61,943 nt of DNA from Myxococcota bacterium (GCA_020627505.1 JAHDGS010000004.1:1-61943), one strand, 5' to 3'. Counted from the first letter of the stretch, positions 1-9,801 are shown. Notes: generated by a model not told the origin, from the letters alone. Program-made: numbers and translations.

Positions 1-76
1 AACAACGCTGGACCACCTTCGTCAACTCAAAGAGTACACGCGTACTTCAGACCTTCGCGACGATTGGTTTACAATT

Positions 77-1951
77 ATGGACTCTTTCCTAGGCATTAAA
101 GACGTCTTTCATCTAACACTCGATCAGTCCGCACAAGAGATCCTACCCAGTGTTCTCAACTATCAAGATATCAATGGTGAAATCAATACGAAATCAATTC
201 TTTGGGCATCACAAATTGCAGTTCATATTTCTCAAAACCCTGAACAGTTCGTCAACAAGCTTCGTCTACTCTCCCAGATGACAATCAACGAACTGAAACA
301 ATCTACAATGCCAATGGAACAACAAAAGCTTTTCCAAAAATCTCACCGAATTTTATTTAAAAATATCAACCAGCCGACCAATTGGCATGACATGATGTCT
401 CACCTCGCTTCATTGAGGGAGATTTTTAATAACGGTAGTCGAGCCATTCCTGATTTTCGTATTCAATTACCCCATATCGCATCTAATTTAATCAACAGCC
501 TCAAAGAGCATGCCCATATCGGACGACACTTTCGCGCCAAGGGTAACGAAGGTCAATTATTTGGGCACGCTCCCAAAACCGAAATATCGCCTAAACTGGC
601 AACATCACATATTTCGGGGCAAGTCGCTGTCATACCAGATCAGCACAATCGATGCTGGCATATATGTGCGCTGAGCACAGGACATGAACCTGTCGCATTT
701 ACGCAGAACTATTTTACAACAAAGAAAGACGCGGAAGAGTCTCAGGCTGATGATGACAATAACTATGGTCATGGTCTCCAGCTCCAAGCTCCTGGTGATA
801 CAGCCTGGGTCAAGTTTAATGATGGCGATCATTATAGCGATAAAGCTTTAAAAGAAGGCGGCTATGTTCGTCTCGGGCTACGAAACCATGCCTATCATGT
901 GGTGAAACTACCTTCTCTCGACAGTCCTCCGCACATCATTAATATGAAAGACTTTAATTGGTATAGCCATGATGACAATAAGGCAAAAATGGCTGCACCA
1001 CTGCAACGACATTCAACTAAAGTCATGACGGAGATCTGTGAGACGTTTAAAGAAGTCAAACCAATCGATGTACTTGGTGTCTGTTCGATTGCCCCAGCCT
1101 ATAATGAAGAACAAGAACTCGTCGGGTGGGACGTCGAATATGAAAATATGGGAGATCAAGCATTTACTGGAACCATCGCCTTTTCAGAATCAAAAGGAAA
1201 AAATGATGGCTATGGGCTCGAATCGATGCCACTACCAGAAGATGGTGCTCGTGCCATTCAACGCATTCGCAGGGATGCATCTTATGGTGTCAAAGCGAAA
1301 GCGGGACAAGCATTGCGGGTTGCGATACGCGGTTTAGGTTCTACGGATAGCAAGCTTCCTAGAGATAAGAAAATAACGTTGGCGTTGCCATTTGACCTCG
1401 ACTTATCGGGTGAAGTCCCGACCCCTGCATATTTTCATGCTGGCGAGTTACGAGAAAAGCAGCAAGAGAAATTAACACGCGTCGATTTTTATCAAAACGA
1501 TAAACATTTAAATCCAGATTTGAAACCGATCACATATACAGGCGCCGAAGCAGTCGCCCGATCTACATTTAATGCCCCAGATGTAAAGATGACAAAGAAA
1601 ACACAAGGCGATGGTTTAGCGCTCTCTCTTTCCGTCAAAAGCATGCTTCCAGAAAACGATAAATATGGTGATTTAACGCTGACATCTCGCATCAAATTGT
1701 ATGATAAGAAAGGCAGCGTCATTCAAGAAATATCTGATACTGGCTCAGAGCAGCGTCTAGCCATGTCACTATCAGCGAAAGACCTGAAACGAGCTGCACG
1801 TGTTGAAATATCATTCCCTGGTACCGGTTGGATATATCAAATTCCGGCCAAGGATTTATCTGGGCGTCTGACACTGAATAAGTACTTAGGCTTTCGAGAA
1901 GATCATGCTTTTAGGGCTGATTTAAACTCGGTTCCTTTTAATAATAGATAA
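77..1951 (+). CDS. hypothetical protein (624 aa from first ATG; probably 5'-truncated by the window edge)
   Basis: Long ORF. The same frame is open with no stop from nt 2 up to the ATG at 77 (..TTLDHLRQLKEYTRTSDLRDDWFTI-M..). There is no signal peptide or obvious RBS at 77, so the gene may begin upstream of the window. No motif I can assign. Confidence 0.6.
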   Translation: MDSFLGIKDVFHLTLDQSAQEILPSVLNYQDINGEINTKSILWASQIAVHISQNPEQFVNKLRLLSQMTINELKQSTMPMEQQKLFQKSHRILFKNINQPTNWHDMMSHLASLREIFNNGSRAIPDFRIQLPHIASNLINSLKEHAHIGRHFRAKGNEGQLFGHAPKTEISPKLATSHISGQVAVIPDQHNRCWHICALSTGHEPVAFTQNYFTTKKDAEESQADDDNNYGHGLQLQAPGDTAWVKFNDGDHYSDKALKEGGYVRLGLRNHAYHVVKLPSLDSPPHIINMKDFNWYSHDDNKAKMAAPLQRHSTKVMTEICETFKEVKPIDVLGVCSIAPAYNEEQELVGWDVEYENMGDQAFTGTIAFSESKGKNDGYGLESMPLPEDGARAIQRIRRDASYGVKAKAGQALRVAIRGLGSTDSKLPRDKKITLALPFDLDLSGEVPTPAYFHAGELREKQQEKLTRVDFYQNDKHLNPDLKPITYTGAEAVARSTFNAPDVKMTKKTQGDGLALSLSVKSMLPENDKYGDLTLTSRIKLYDKKGSVIQEISDTGSEQRLAMSLSAKDLKRAARVEISFPGTGWIYQIPAKDLSGRLTLNKYLGFREDHAFRADLNSVPFNNR

Positions 1952-1958
1952 AGATTGA

Positions 1959-3359
1959 TTAAGACTCAATCATAGACGTTGACTGTTCAACCTGCTCCAC
2001 ATCTTTGAGCTTACGCATCATCTGGTTGGTTCGTGTGGTCACGAGCTTTTCAATTTCACCATCGGCTTCTCGTAGTTTTTTTTGTGCTTTTTCAAGCACG
2101 CCACCAAAAGTCATAAACTCTTTTTTCACAACTGAAAGCGTCTTCCATACATCGGCGGAGTGCTTTTCAATCGCAAGGGTTCGAAAACCCATCTGAAAGC
2201 TATTCATAAGCGCGGCGAGAGTGCTTGGGCCTGCTAGTGTAATCAAGTATGTTCTTTGTAGTTCTTCCATTAAACCAGGTTGCCGCATCGCTTCAGCATA
2301 AAGCCCTTCTGTTGGTAAAAAGAGCACCGCAAAATTCGTTGTATATGGTGGGTCAACATATTTTTGTTGAATCGTTTTGGCCGATAAACGAAGCGCCGAC
2401 ACTAAGGCCTTCGTTGCCGATTCAATCTGCGCCTTATCACCTGCTTCATAAGCGTCTTGCAGACGGATATAGTCTTCTTGATGAAATTTCGCATCGATTG
2501 GAAGATAAACAGCTTCGCCCTCGATATCTCGACCCGGGAGTTTCACCGCATATTCCACATGATCGTTTGAGCCACGTTTGGTTTTAATATTTTTAGCATA
2601 TTGATCTGGCGTCAAAATCTCTTCAAGAATCGCACCAAGCTGTATCTCGCCGACGACACCACGTGTTTTCACATTCGATAGAACCTTCTTCAAATCACCA
2701 ACACCTGTCGCCAGATTCTTCATCTCACCAAGGCCCTCTTGAACTTGGACAAGATGTTGACTGACCTGTTTAAATGAATGCCCAAGACGTTCTTCCAAAG
2801 TTTTATGAAGCTTCTCGTCAACCGTCGCTCTCATTTTTTCAAGTTGCTGCTCAGTCTTTTTGACAAGCTCAAGCTGAGACTGGTTCATCACGTCAAATTT
2901 TTCTTTTTGTAACTGGTTAAAACTATCGACGGACTCAGTGAAACTTCTATTAAATCGGTCAAAAATACGCAGTTGTTCTTCTCGATTACTCTTCCCTTCA
3001 CCTGTGACTGTCTCCATCATTTTTAATAGAGATTCTTTTGTCAGCCGTTGCAAGTCGCCAAATGCAACCTGTTGTTTTTCCGCAGTTTCTTTTTGTCGAT
3101 TGACAAGGGCTAATTGAAAGTCATGGACGGTTCCCGCGAGTTCTTTCCTATTTCGCTCAAGCTGGTCGAGCTGTTCTGTTCTATTTTGGCTCAGCGCAGT
3201 CGAAAGCTCTGCTCTATTTTCTTTAAATTGTTTTTCGACTTCATCTTCGATTGACTGAAATGAGATTTTCGTCTTTTTGAATATGAGAACGAGTATCCCT
3301 ATAACATTCACAATAAGAATCGCGATAAGAAACCAGTCGATGCGTGTGAGATCGTTCAT
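1959..3359 (-). CDS. rmuC: DNA recombination protein RmuC
   Basis: N-terminal TM helix (WFLIAILIVNVIGILVLIF), a ~200-aa coiled coil, then the conserved RmuC C-terminal domain (GVVGEIQLGAILEEIL, VEYAVKLPG, VYLPIDAKF, FAVLFLPTEGLYAEA, LAGPSTLAALMNSFQMGFRTLAIEK). Confidence 0.9.
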   Translation of the reverse strand: MNDLTRIDWFLIAILIVNVIGILVLIFKKTKISFQSIEDEVEKQFKENRAELSTALSQNRTEQLDQLERNRKELAGTVHDFQLALVNRQKETAEKQQVAFGDLQRLTKESLLKMMETVTGEGKSNREEQLRIFDRFNRSFTESVDSFNQLQKEKFDVMNQSQLELVKKTEQQLEKMRATVDEKLHKTLEERLGHSFKQVSQHLVQVQEGLGEMKNLATGVGDLKKVLSNVKTRGVVGEIQLGAILEEILTPDQYAKNIKTKRGSNDHVEYAVKLPGRDIEGEAVYLPIDAKFHQEDYIRLQDAYEAGDKAQIESATKALVSALRLSAKTIQQKYVDPPYTTNFAVLFLPTEGLYAEAMRQPGLMEELQRTYLITLAGPSTLAALMNSFQMGFRTLAIEKHSADVWKTLSVVKKEFMTFGGVLEKAQKKLREADGEIEKLVTTRTNQMMRKLKDVEQVEQSTSMIES

Positions 3360-3494
3360 TTAACAACCGTATCACGGGTGATTTGTGCTGAATAGCCTCT
3401 TGAATCTACCAGTTTTACCCAACAGACTTGATTTAACATATTGATGGTATTACCAATTGTTGATTTTATGTAATATTTAAAATAAAGTATAAAT

Positions 3495-4649
3495 ATGCAT
3501 AAAATAAAGAGAGCCTTGTTTAAAAATGCCTTGCGACGATTGGAAAATAATCCAGCACTCGCACTTTTAGGACCGAGGCAAGTTGGCAAATCAACACTTG
3601 CATTGGATATTGTTCAGCACTACCCAAAAAGTCTTTATCTAGATCTTGAACGCCCAGATGAGCGTCAAAAAGTTCTTTCTGATCCCGAACGCTTTTTTGA
3701 ACTACACAAAGATAAGCTGATCTGCCTTGACGAAATCCAGCGACTCCCCGAAGTCTTTACATATCTGAGAAGTCGAATCGACCGGTCTAAGCGCAATGCG
3801 CAATTGTTGATACTTGGTTCAGCCTCAAGAGATTTAATTCAACAAAGCAGTGAAACACTTGCCGGGCGAATCTCCTATTTGGAGATAAGCCCATTCACCT
3901 TTGAAGAACTGACACCGATACAATCAATATATGAACGATGGATCAAAGGTGGTTATCCGAGAGCGTATCTCGCCACAAATGATTTAACATCATATGAGTG
4001 GCGCGAAGACTATATTCAAACGTTTTTAGAGCGGGATTTACCACAGCTTGGTTTTTCTATTCCATCAACCCGACTCTATCGTCTTTGGCAAATGTTAGCA
4101 CACTCACATGGACAGCTTCTAAATAAACAAAAATTGGCCGCTTCGCTCGGCGTGACAAATAATACTGTAAACAATTATATCGATATCCTTGAACAAACGT
4201 TTTTAATTCGTCGATTAAATCCATATCATACAAACCTTAAAAAAAGACTCATAAAATCTCCGAAAATTTATATTCGAGACTCAGGTTTGCTACATACACT
4301 TTTGCGATTAGAATCGATCGACGATTTACTTGGGCACCCGGTTATAGGAACTTCTTTTGAAGGCCTTGTTATTGAAAATCTCTTGCCTCTTTTTCCGAGA
4401 TATGCAGCCAGTTTCTATCGCGATAGCAATGGCAACGAACTTGATTTGATTTTAGAAAAAGGAAATGAGCGTATTGCCATCGAGATTAAAGCGACGACGA
4501 CACCAACACTTGAGAAAGGATTTTGGAATAGTCTTAAAGTCGTCAAACCCACAAAAACTTTTGTCGTCTGTCAATGCAATGAGCCTTTTCCTGGAAAAGA
4601 TGGAATCCAGTTTACGAACCTATTGGATATGGTTCATCGGTTTAAATAA
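3495..4649 (+). CDS. AAA+ ATPase of the AAA_14/DUF4143 family
   Basis: Walker A LLGPRQVGKST near the N-terminus and a Walker B-like LICLDEIQ. Size (~384 aa) and the C-terminal layout are typical of DUF4143 ATP-binding proteins. Confidence 0.85.
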   Translation: MHKIKRALFKNALRRLENNPALALLGPRQVGKSTLALDIVQHYPKSLYLDLERPDERQKVLSDPERFFELHKDKLICLDEIQRLPEVFTYLRSRIDRSKRNAQLLILGSASRDLIQQSSETLAGRISYLEISPFTFEELTPIQSIYERWIKGGYPRAYLATNDLTSYEWREDYIQTFLERDLPQLGFSIPSTRLYRLWQMLAHSHGQLLNKQKLAASLGVTNNTVNNYIDILEQTFLIRRLNPYHTNLKKRLIKSPKIYIRDSGLLHTLLRLESIDDLLGHPVIGTSFEGLVIENLLPLFPRYAASFYRDSNGNELDLILEKGNERIAIEIKATTTPTLEKGFWNSLKVVKPTKTFVVCQCNEPFPGKDGIQFTNLLDMVHRFK

Positions 4650-4929
4650 CAACGCCTACACAGTTACCCAGTACTTCTATACATACATCACTGCACGGAC
4701 GGCTGTCTCTCCCGTTACATGGATCTCCGCAATCATCATATCCGGCACACTGTTCTCTTTCAGAACAATCTTCATCAATTCTACAACTCTTGTCACACTG
4801 ACCATCGATCACAACCCTAAAATCAGACTCAGAACCCTCAGTACCTTCAGGGCAGTGCTTCCATTCGTCTTGATGGCAACCCATAAAAGCCAAAAACATG
4901 CATACACACATCAATTTCATTTTCAACAT
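4642..4929 (-). CDS. small cysteine-rich putative lipoprotein
   Basis: 95-aa ORF with a signal sequence ending in a lipobox-like LAFMGC. The acidic mature part has about 11 Cys (CPEG..CDKSCRIDEDCSEREQCAGYDDCGDPC..). Composition matches other Cys-rich exoproteins in this window. No clear RBS, and its 3' end overlaps the convergent ATPase gene by 8 nt. Confidence 0.5.
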   Translation of the reverse strand: MLKMKLMCVCMFLAFMGCHQDEWKHCPEGTEGSESDFRVVIDGQCDKSCRIDEDCSEREQCAGYDDCGDPCNGRDSRPCSDVCIEVLGNCVGVVI

Positions 4930-4973
4930 GCGACGATTTAACAGACAGACTTTCGAGACGTAAACATTTCACA

Positions 4974-6557
4974 ATGCATATCTTCACCAGAAGTGGTCTA
5001 CTTCTGCATCGGTCATATGACCGAGAGATCAACTCAATCAACAACATTCGACAGTCATACACGATAATACAAGTGATGTTATACACGAAATCCCTTATAT
5101 ATGGCATGGCAGCATTAGCAGGTAGTGCAGCTATTGGTAAGAAGGTTCTAGACAACAAAGTTGCTCAAGAAGATTCAGCTAGAAAACAAGTGGTTCAAAA
5201 GATAAATGACTTTCGTGACAAAGAAATGATTTCTTTTGAAGAGGCATTAGCAGTCCATGCCACAGTTGACTTCACAGTTAAGGGAATTCCCGGAACATGG
5301 ATAGATCCAGTACACTTCGGAGATTTATTTATTCAAGACACCGCATTTGTTGAAAGCAATGAGTCAATCATAACAAACAAAAACAACCTTCAGGATATGT
5401 TAACAACTTTTTTCGTCGCACAATTTCAAGGTTTCGAAGATAGCGAATTATTTATTTCTTTATTATTAGAGCACTTAAATGTTCGAGATTCGAAATCCGC
5501 TACATCCATTTTGAAACAGCTACCAAGAGAGCATCAACAAGATATCTTTAACAGTCTTAGTCTATTAATGGAAAGTATTCGTCGTTCTGATGATATACCT
5601 AAAATGAATCACGGGCTTGCATACAACATTAAAAGATTGATTTATGAAGCTAAAAGACCTCGCAGTTATGATCAGAAACAAGATATCAAAGGATATATTC
5701 GCCAGCACCTAAAAACCAATCCCCTAAAGACATTTCTTGCTAACAACGACATTCTATTGCATCAAAAATTTGATAGAAATTTATTTAGAGAAGCACTTTG
5801 GCTTGAATATTTGCAATTACTTGAAGGAGGTAACAGCTATCTGATTGATGCAAAATATGAACCTCCCGAAGATATTTCATTTAAAGGGCGGTTCGTTTGG
5901 TCGCGGGAACCTGATTCAAAAATAATCGAGTCGATTTGGAGCAAATATCGAAACACAGCTAACGAAAATTTGTTCGACCGACTGCAGTCAGTCGATTTTG
6001 AAAAGACAGGCTGGTTTTTACTCAAATATGCTTCAAACAATGCATTTGACGCAATGGGAATGTTTTCGGCCAGGCTAAATGAAGATCAACGCGGTCGATA
6101 TATTGAGTTCTATGATCTATGGGATTTACACCCGGCGGGAAAAGATAAAGCTGAAGCCTCAAAGATATTACCAAACGCGGAGCCTATTGGTTTGTACCAT
6201 CGAATATATGTTGATGATATTTGTGACTTTGTAAACCAATTAGAAAACAAACATCAATATTATAAACACCTATCTTTCGAGCATCGCAATGATAAAAAGA
6301 TCGCAGCTGAGGCCATGCGATTCCGTGGTAATCTATTGCAATATGCTTCTGAGGAGCTCAAAAATGACAAAGAGGTGGTTTTAGCTGCTGTTACTCAAAG
6401 TGGCCATGTACTTGAATATGCTTCTAAGGAGCTCCAGGATGATAGAGAAGTCGTTCTAGAAGCTATAAAAAATAGTAACAGAAGAAGAAGTATTTTGCAG
6501 TATGCTTCAAGTAGACTTCAACAAGACCCGGAACTCATTCGAATAGCTTCGACCTAA
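4974..6557 (+). CDS. DUF4116 repeat-containing protein
   Basis: The C-terminus carries three tandem DUF4116-type repeats: NLLQYASEELKNDKEVVLAAVTQSGH, VLEYASKELQDDREVVLEAIKNS, ILQYASSRLQQDPELI. The start is uncertain. An internal ATG at 5076 (MLYTKSLIYGMAALAGSAAIG) would give a hydrophobic N-terminus. Confidence 0.7.
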   Translation: MHIFTRSGLLLHRSYDREINSINNIRQSYTIIQVMLYTKSLIYGMAALAGSAAIGKKVLDNKVAQEDSARKQVVQKINDFRDKEMISFEEALAVHATVDFTVKGIPGTWIDPVHFGDLFIQDTAFVESNESIITNKNNLQDMLTTFFVAQFQGFEDSELFISLLLEHLNVRDSKSATSILKQLPREHQQDIFNSLSLLMESIRRSDDIPKMNHGLAYNIKRLIYEAKRPRSYDQKQDIKGYIRQHLKTNPLKTFLANNDILLHQKFDRNLFREALWLEYLQLLEGGNSYLIDAKYEPPEDISFKGRFVWSREPDSKIIESIWSKYRNTANENLFDRLQSVDFEKTGWFLLKYASNNAFDAMGMFSARLNEDQRGRYIEFYDLWDLHPAGKDKAEASKILPNAEPIGLYHRIYVDDICDFVNQLENKHQYYKHLSFEHRNDKKIAAEAMRFRGNLLQYASEELKNDKEVVLAAVTQSGHVLEYASKELQDDREVVLEAIKNSNRRRSILQYASSRLQQDPELIRIAST

Positions 6558-6625
6558 GACTTGTCGGGGTCTCAACGAGTTAACATTAGAATAATATTGA
6601 AGAAGGGTGAACACGAAGCTGGCAC

Positions 6626-7330
6626 CTATTTCTTGGTTTCAATTTCAAAATGCTGATAATCCTTAAGTGAACGCCAATCCCCGCCCCACTTGAATCCATA
6701 TTTTTTGAACGTTGTCACGATCAGATGGTCCGCACGAAGTAGGCGAGAATCTTTCGGGTCACGCTCGGCAGTGACCCCATCATATAAACGCCCCTCAGGT
6801 GGTAAAACAGTCGTCTGACCTTTTCGAGTTTTCACATACGGGTTCCACAATGGGTTGATATCAATCGCCAAGCCATAAGCATGCTGACTTAACCGACTGG
6901 AGCCTGGTGTTGTTCGACAATTAAATGACGATGTATTGTTCGCGGCCATTGAGTGAGCGTCATCACCATCAAACGTTTGCATGATCTCGTCGATGCGATA
7001 AATCACACGCTCGGGGCTCGATGACATTGCGATTTCAACGAAAATATCACGCACGCGCTCAGCAATATCTTGATGCACGATCAACATCCCCATCTTCAAC
7101 TGGGTTTCGTTTGCCCAATACGGCACCCGCACGCTTTTCAAGTCCTGACGTTGAATGGGGCATATCTTCCCAGGTTTATAGATGAACGGAGCAGCAGTCG
7201 GCGAATCAAGCACATCACAAATGATTCCATGACGGGTACATTGATGAACTTCATCAGGGGGCAGATCTGCGAACAAAGCTCGACTCAATCCCAAAGCAAG
7301 TCCAAAAAAGATCAAAAAAGTGGTCCGCAT
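6626..7330 (-). CDS. M15 family (VanY/D-Ala-D-Ala carboxypeptidase-like) metallopeptidase, secreted
   Basis: Signal peptide (MRTTFLIFFGLALGLSRALFA). Zinc-ligand pattern SQHAYGLAIDINP (H-x6-D) plus a C-terminal FKWGGDW..DYQHFE, typical of M15 peptidases. Confidence 0.8.
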   Translation of the reverse strand: MRTTFLIFFGLALGLSRALFADLPPDEVHQCTRHGIICDVLDSPTAAPFIYKPGKICPIQRQDLKSVRVPYWANETQLKMGMLIVHQDIAERVRDIFVEIAMSSSPERVIYRIDEIMQTFDGDDAHSMAANNTSSFNCRTTPGSSRLSQHAYGLAIDINPLWNPYVKTRKGQTTVLPPEGRLYDGVTAERDPKDSRLLRADHLIVTTFKKYGFKWGGDWRSLKDYQHFEIETKK

Positions 7331-7412
7331 GTCTCAATCTATACCATATAATAGGACACTTTGCGGATCTCATGTCGATTATTTATTATATAGTAAATAA
7401 TCAGGAGTTTCT

Positions 7413-8282
7413 ATGGATCGTACAACCGCTTTATCGAAGACATCGCCGCAAAAAGGGCCGCGTGTAACAACCAATCTATTTTTTAACCTCGGAGTGTTGG
7501 CCTCAGTGATCTATTTGGGTTCTCAACCAGGCATGCGAACAACAGAAAATGCCTTATTCTCTCTCCTTGTCATTCCGATTCTGACTTTTTCGATCGCCGC
7601 CCCAAGACGGATTCGATTATTCGACTATGTTCAGCTCATTAAAACAGAGGCCCTATACCTCGGACTTCGGATCTATAGCTTCTTTACGCAAACGCGACTC
7701 AATAACGATCTTCTCAAACGCTTTCGGGCAGAACGAATCCATTCTATATACGACGCAGGCGGAAACCTATCTCGCGCCCTCGAGTATGATAAGGCCGGTT
7801 TGCAACACGCACGACGACTTGGCCACTATGCAGCATTATTTGGCACCATCACGGCTTTGGCGATTCCGTTGAACTTTCCGGCACATTTCACCTATGGAGA
7901 GGGACTTACGGCAGTGGGTGTATTTGCATTGGACTTATTCACATTTGGCCTGACCACTTTTGTTGTTTGTGAGCGAATCGCAATTCACTTATACGAGGTC
8001 AACAGTCAGCTTCGGAATACATCAAACATCACTTACCACTTACTTGTGATGCCAATGATGGTTATTCTCGGTAGCTCCATCGGTGCCATCGGTAGTTTTG
8101 TTGTATTAAACATGGGCGCGCTTGCGTCAGGGCTCGAGTCAATGGCCTTTATATCGTTCTCACATGCAACGCTTGGTTTTTCGCGAAGTCTCGTTGCTTT
8201 TGCCTTACCGATTGGCGTCGCGCTTGGAGCAGTCATGGGGGCGGGCATTGCAATGACACGTCCCCAATCAACTCGCGATTAA
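7413..8282 (+). CDS. hypothetical polytopic membrane protein
   Basis: AGGAG RBS 6 nt upstream of the ATG. Several predicted TM helices (LFFNLGVLASVIYLG, FSLLVIPILTFSIAA, LLVMPMMVILGSSIGAIGSFVVL, LVAFALPIGVALGAVMGAGIAM). No recognisable motif. Confidence 0.65.
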   Translation: MDRTTALSKTSPQKGPRVTTNLFFNLGVLASVIYLGSQPGMRTTENALFSLLVIPILTFSIAAPRRIRLFDYVQLIKTEALYLGLRIYSFFTQTRLNNDLLKRFRAERIHSIYDAGGNLSRALEYDKAGLQHARRLGHYAALFGTITALAIPLNFPAHFTYGEGLTAVGVFALDLFTFGLTTFVVCERIAIHLYEVNSQLRNTSNITYHLLVMPMMVILGSSIGAIGSFVVLNMGALASGLESMAFISFSHATLGFSRSLVAFALPIGVALGAVMGAGIAMTRPQSTRD

Positions 8283-8385
8283 GCTCGGCTTTCGAAAAGT
8301 ATCTTTGACTTAGCCGTGCTCTCATAACTTGAGTCAAAAGGCGAAAGGACGTAACATTGTGCATACTTGTTACGTTTGATTGTTG

Positions 8386-8403
8386 CGACTTCATATGAAG
8401 TCG
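8386..8403. promoter_or_regulatory. 18-bp perfect palindrome CGACTTCAT|ATGAAGTCG upstream of the CXXCH cassette
   Basis: Read directly from the sequence. It lies about 15 nt upstream of the AAGGAGG RBS of the 8429 gene. A second small inverted repeat (TTGCT..AGCAA) lies between it and the RBS. It could be an operator or a 5'-UTR hairpin. Confidence 0.4.
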
Positions 8404-8428
8404 TTGCTGCGCTCAGCAAGGAGGTACC

Positions 8429-8824
8429 ATGAATGTCTTTCGGTTAAATGGTCTTATCATATGTATACTTCTCGCATTGGGATGTGACGATCGGCCAATA
8501 GGGGTTTCAGGCGAAACCGTCGAGACAGATGAATCTCAGCCAAAATATTGTCAAGTCAAACAAGTCTTTGAGGCATCTTGCATCAGCTGTCATAGTGAAG
8601 ATGGGCCTGCTTCATTTTTACCGATGCACACTGACGATGCAATCGAAGCGATGATGGATGGCCGCTTGATTATTGAAGGAGAAGCCGATGAATCTGTACT
8701 CTTCCGACGGATGACAAATGACACCAACCCAATGCCACCTGCTGGAAGACTGGCTGAAGAAAATTGGCGTATTGTGGGCGATTGGATTGACTTAGGTGCA
8801 CCTATCGAGCCGTGTGTCGAATAG
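8429..8824 (+). CDS. small lipoprotein with a single c-type heme motif (Planctomycete-type cytochrome c / PSCyt1-like domain)
   Basis: Strong RBS (AAGGAGG). Lipobox LALGC. Heme-binding motif in CISCH, followed by ..ESVLFRRMTNDTNPMPPAGRLAEENWRIVGDWIDLGAP. From memory this tracks the PSCyt1 consensus (C-x2-CH ... S-L-L ... MPP ... WI..GA). Confidence 0.7.
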   Translation: MNVFRLNGLIICILLALGCDDRPIGVSGETVETDESQPKYCQVKQVFEASCISCHSEDGPASFLPMHTDDAIEAMMDGRLIIEGEADESVLFRRMTNDTNPMPPAGRLAEENWRIVGDWIDLGAPIEPCVE

Positions 8825-8842
8825 GGTTTTACTGGCGATCAT

Positions 8843-9706
8843 ATGAAAAAACATATCAAATATATTCTTCCATTGTGTCTATGCTTTTTTGCCAACATAA
8901 GTTTTGCAGAAATCGCGCCAGAATGTGCCGGGGTCGAAACACCAGCCAACTATGATGAAGGTCAACAGCAGGCATTTTTTCAGAACTATTTTTCTGCCGC
9001 TTTTGGCATGACAGCCATGGGACCAATCATCCCAATTCGTGGCGAGCATCGTGCAAGCCTTGGACTCGAGCTATTTGCGATCCCTCCACTGAGCTGCGAA
9101 CGTCGTCTTGTTTTCGCCGAAGACCCTGCCCGTATTAAAACCCAAGATACGAACAAACTTCCTGTGTCTGCACGACCACGATTACAGGTGATGTTGCCAG
9201 ATCTCGGTCAAATGAAGGTCATGTTTGGTGGGACGTTTTTTCCCCCTATACCCACTCCACTCGGAACAATCTTACAAGTTGGGGTTGAAACATCTGTGGC
9301 GCGTGAATTTGATTCAGGATTTCAGATTGGTGTTCATGGGCATTATAGTTTTGGACGTATGCGTGCGGAACTGGCACCACCGTTTGAGGAGGGTGACCCT
9401 GAAGCAGAAGATGTGTTTTATACCAACTATTTTGGCCTCGATCTTGGGCTCGCATACAATTTAAAGTCATCAGGATACGAACATTTGACCCCCTATTTGA
9501 ACATTGGTTTCGCTGATGCGTCCTCACTCTTTATTGTTGGAGATGATCTCAATCTGGCTCAAAATACACAACATCCGTGGGCTGGCCTAACAGCAGCGAC
9601 AGGTCTTCAAATGATGTTGTCCGATCGCATTGAGTTGGGTGTTGAATTGAGCGCGGCCTTCCCTGTCATTTATACTGGTCGTATGAAAATCGGATTGCAT
9701 TGGTAA
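8843..9706 (+). CDS. putative outer-membrane beta-barrel protein
   Basis: Signal peptide (ILPLCLCFFANISFA). Alternating hydrophobic beta-strand pattern. C-terminal aromatic residue (..KIGLHW), as in OM barrel proteins. Confidence 0.6.
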   Translation: MKKHIKYILPLCLCFFANISFAEIAPECAGVETPANYDEGQQQAFFQNYFSAAFGMTAMGPIIPIRGEHRASLGLELFAIPPLSCERRLVFAEDPARIKTQDTNKLPVSARPRLQVMLPDLGQMKVMFGGTFFPPIPTPLGTILQVGVETSVAREFDSGFQIGVHGHYSFGRMRAELAPPFEEGDPEAEDVFYTNYFGLDLGLAYNLKSSGYEHLTPYLNIGFADASSLFIVGDDLNLAQNTQHPWAGLTAATGLQMMLSDRIELGVELSAAFPVIYTGRMKIGLHW

Positions 9707-9801
9707 ATATCTATTATTCAGCTGTATAAGAATGAAACGGACATCGAAATAAGTCGACGTCATCATAGCAATTCTGCGAGAATAAGCTTCGGAGGATTTT
9801 T

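Noticed and set aside
1959-4649. The idea that divergent rmuC plus the DUF4143 AAA+ ATPase form a defence module.
   Set aside because: RmuC here has the ordinary housekeeping architecture. The two genes are divergently transcribed. There is no additional nuclease, methylase or sensor gene, and no flanking mobile-element signature.
4465-5158. ORFs 4465..4941 (+) and 4847..5158 (-).
   Set aside because: They overlap the 3' end of the ATPase gene, the small Cys-rich ORF and the DUF4116 gene start. They have no RBS or motif, and their composition looks like out-of-frame read-through.
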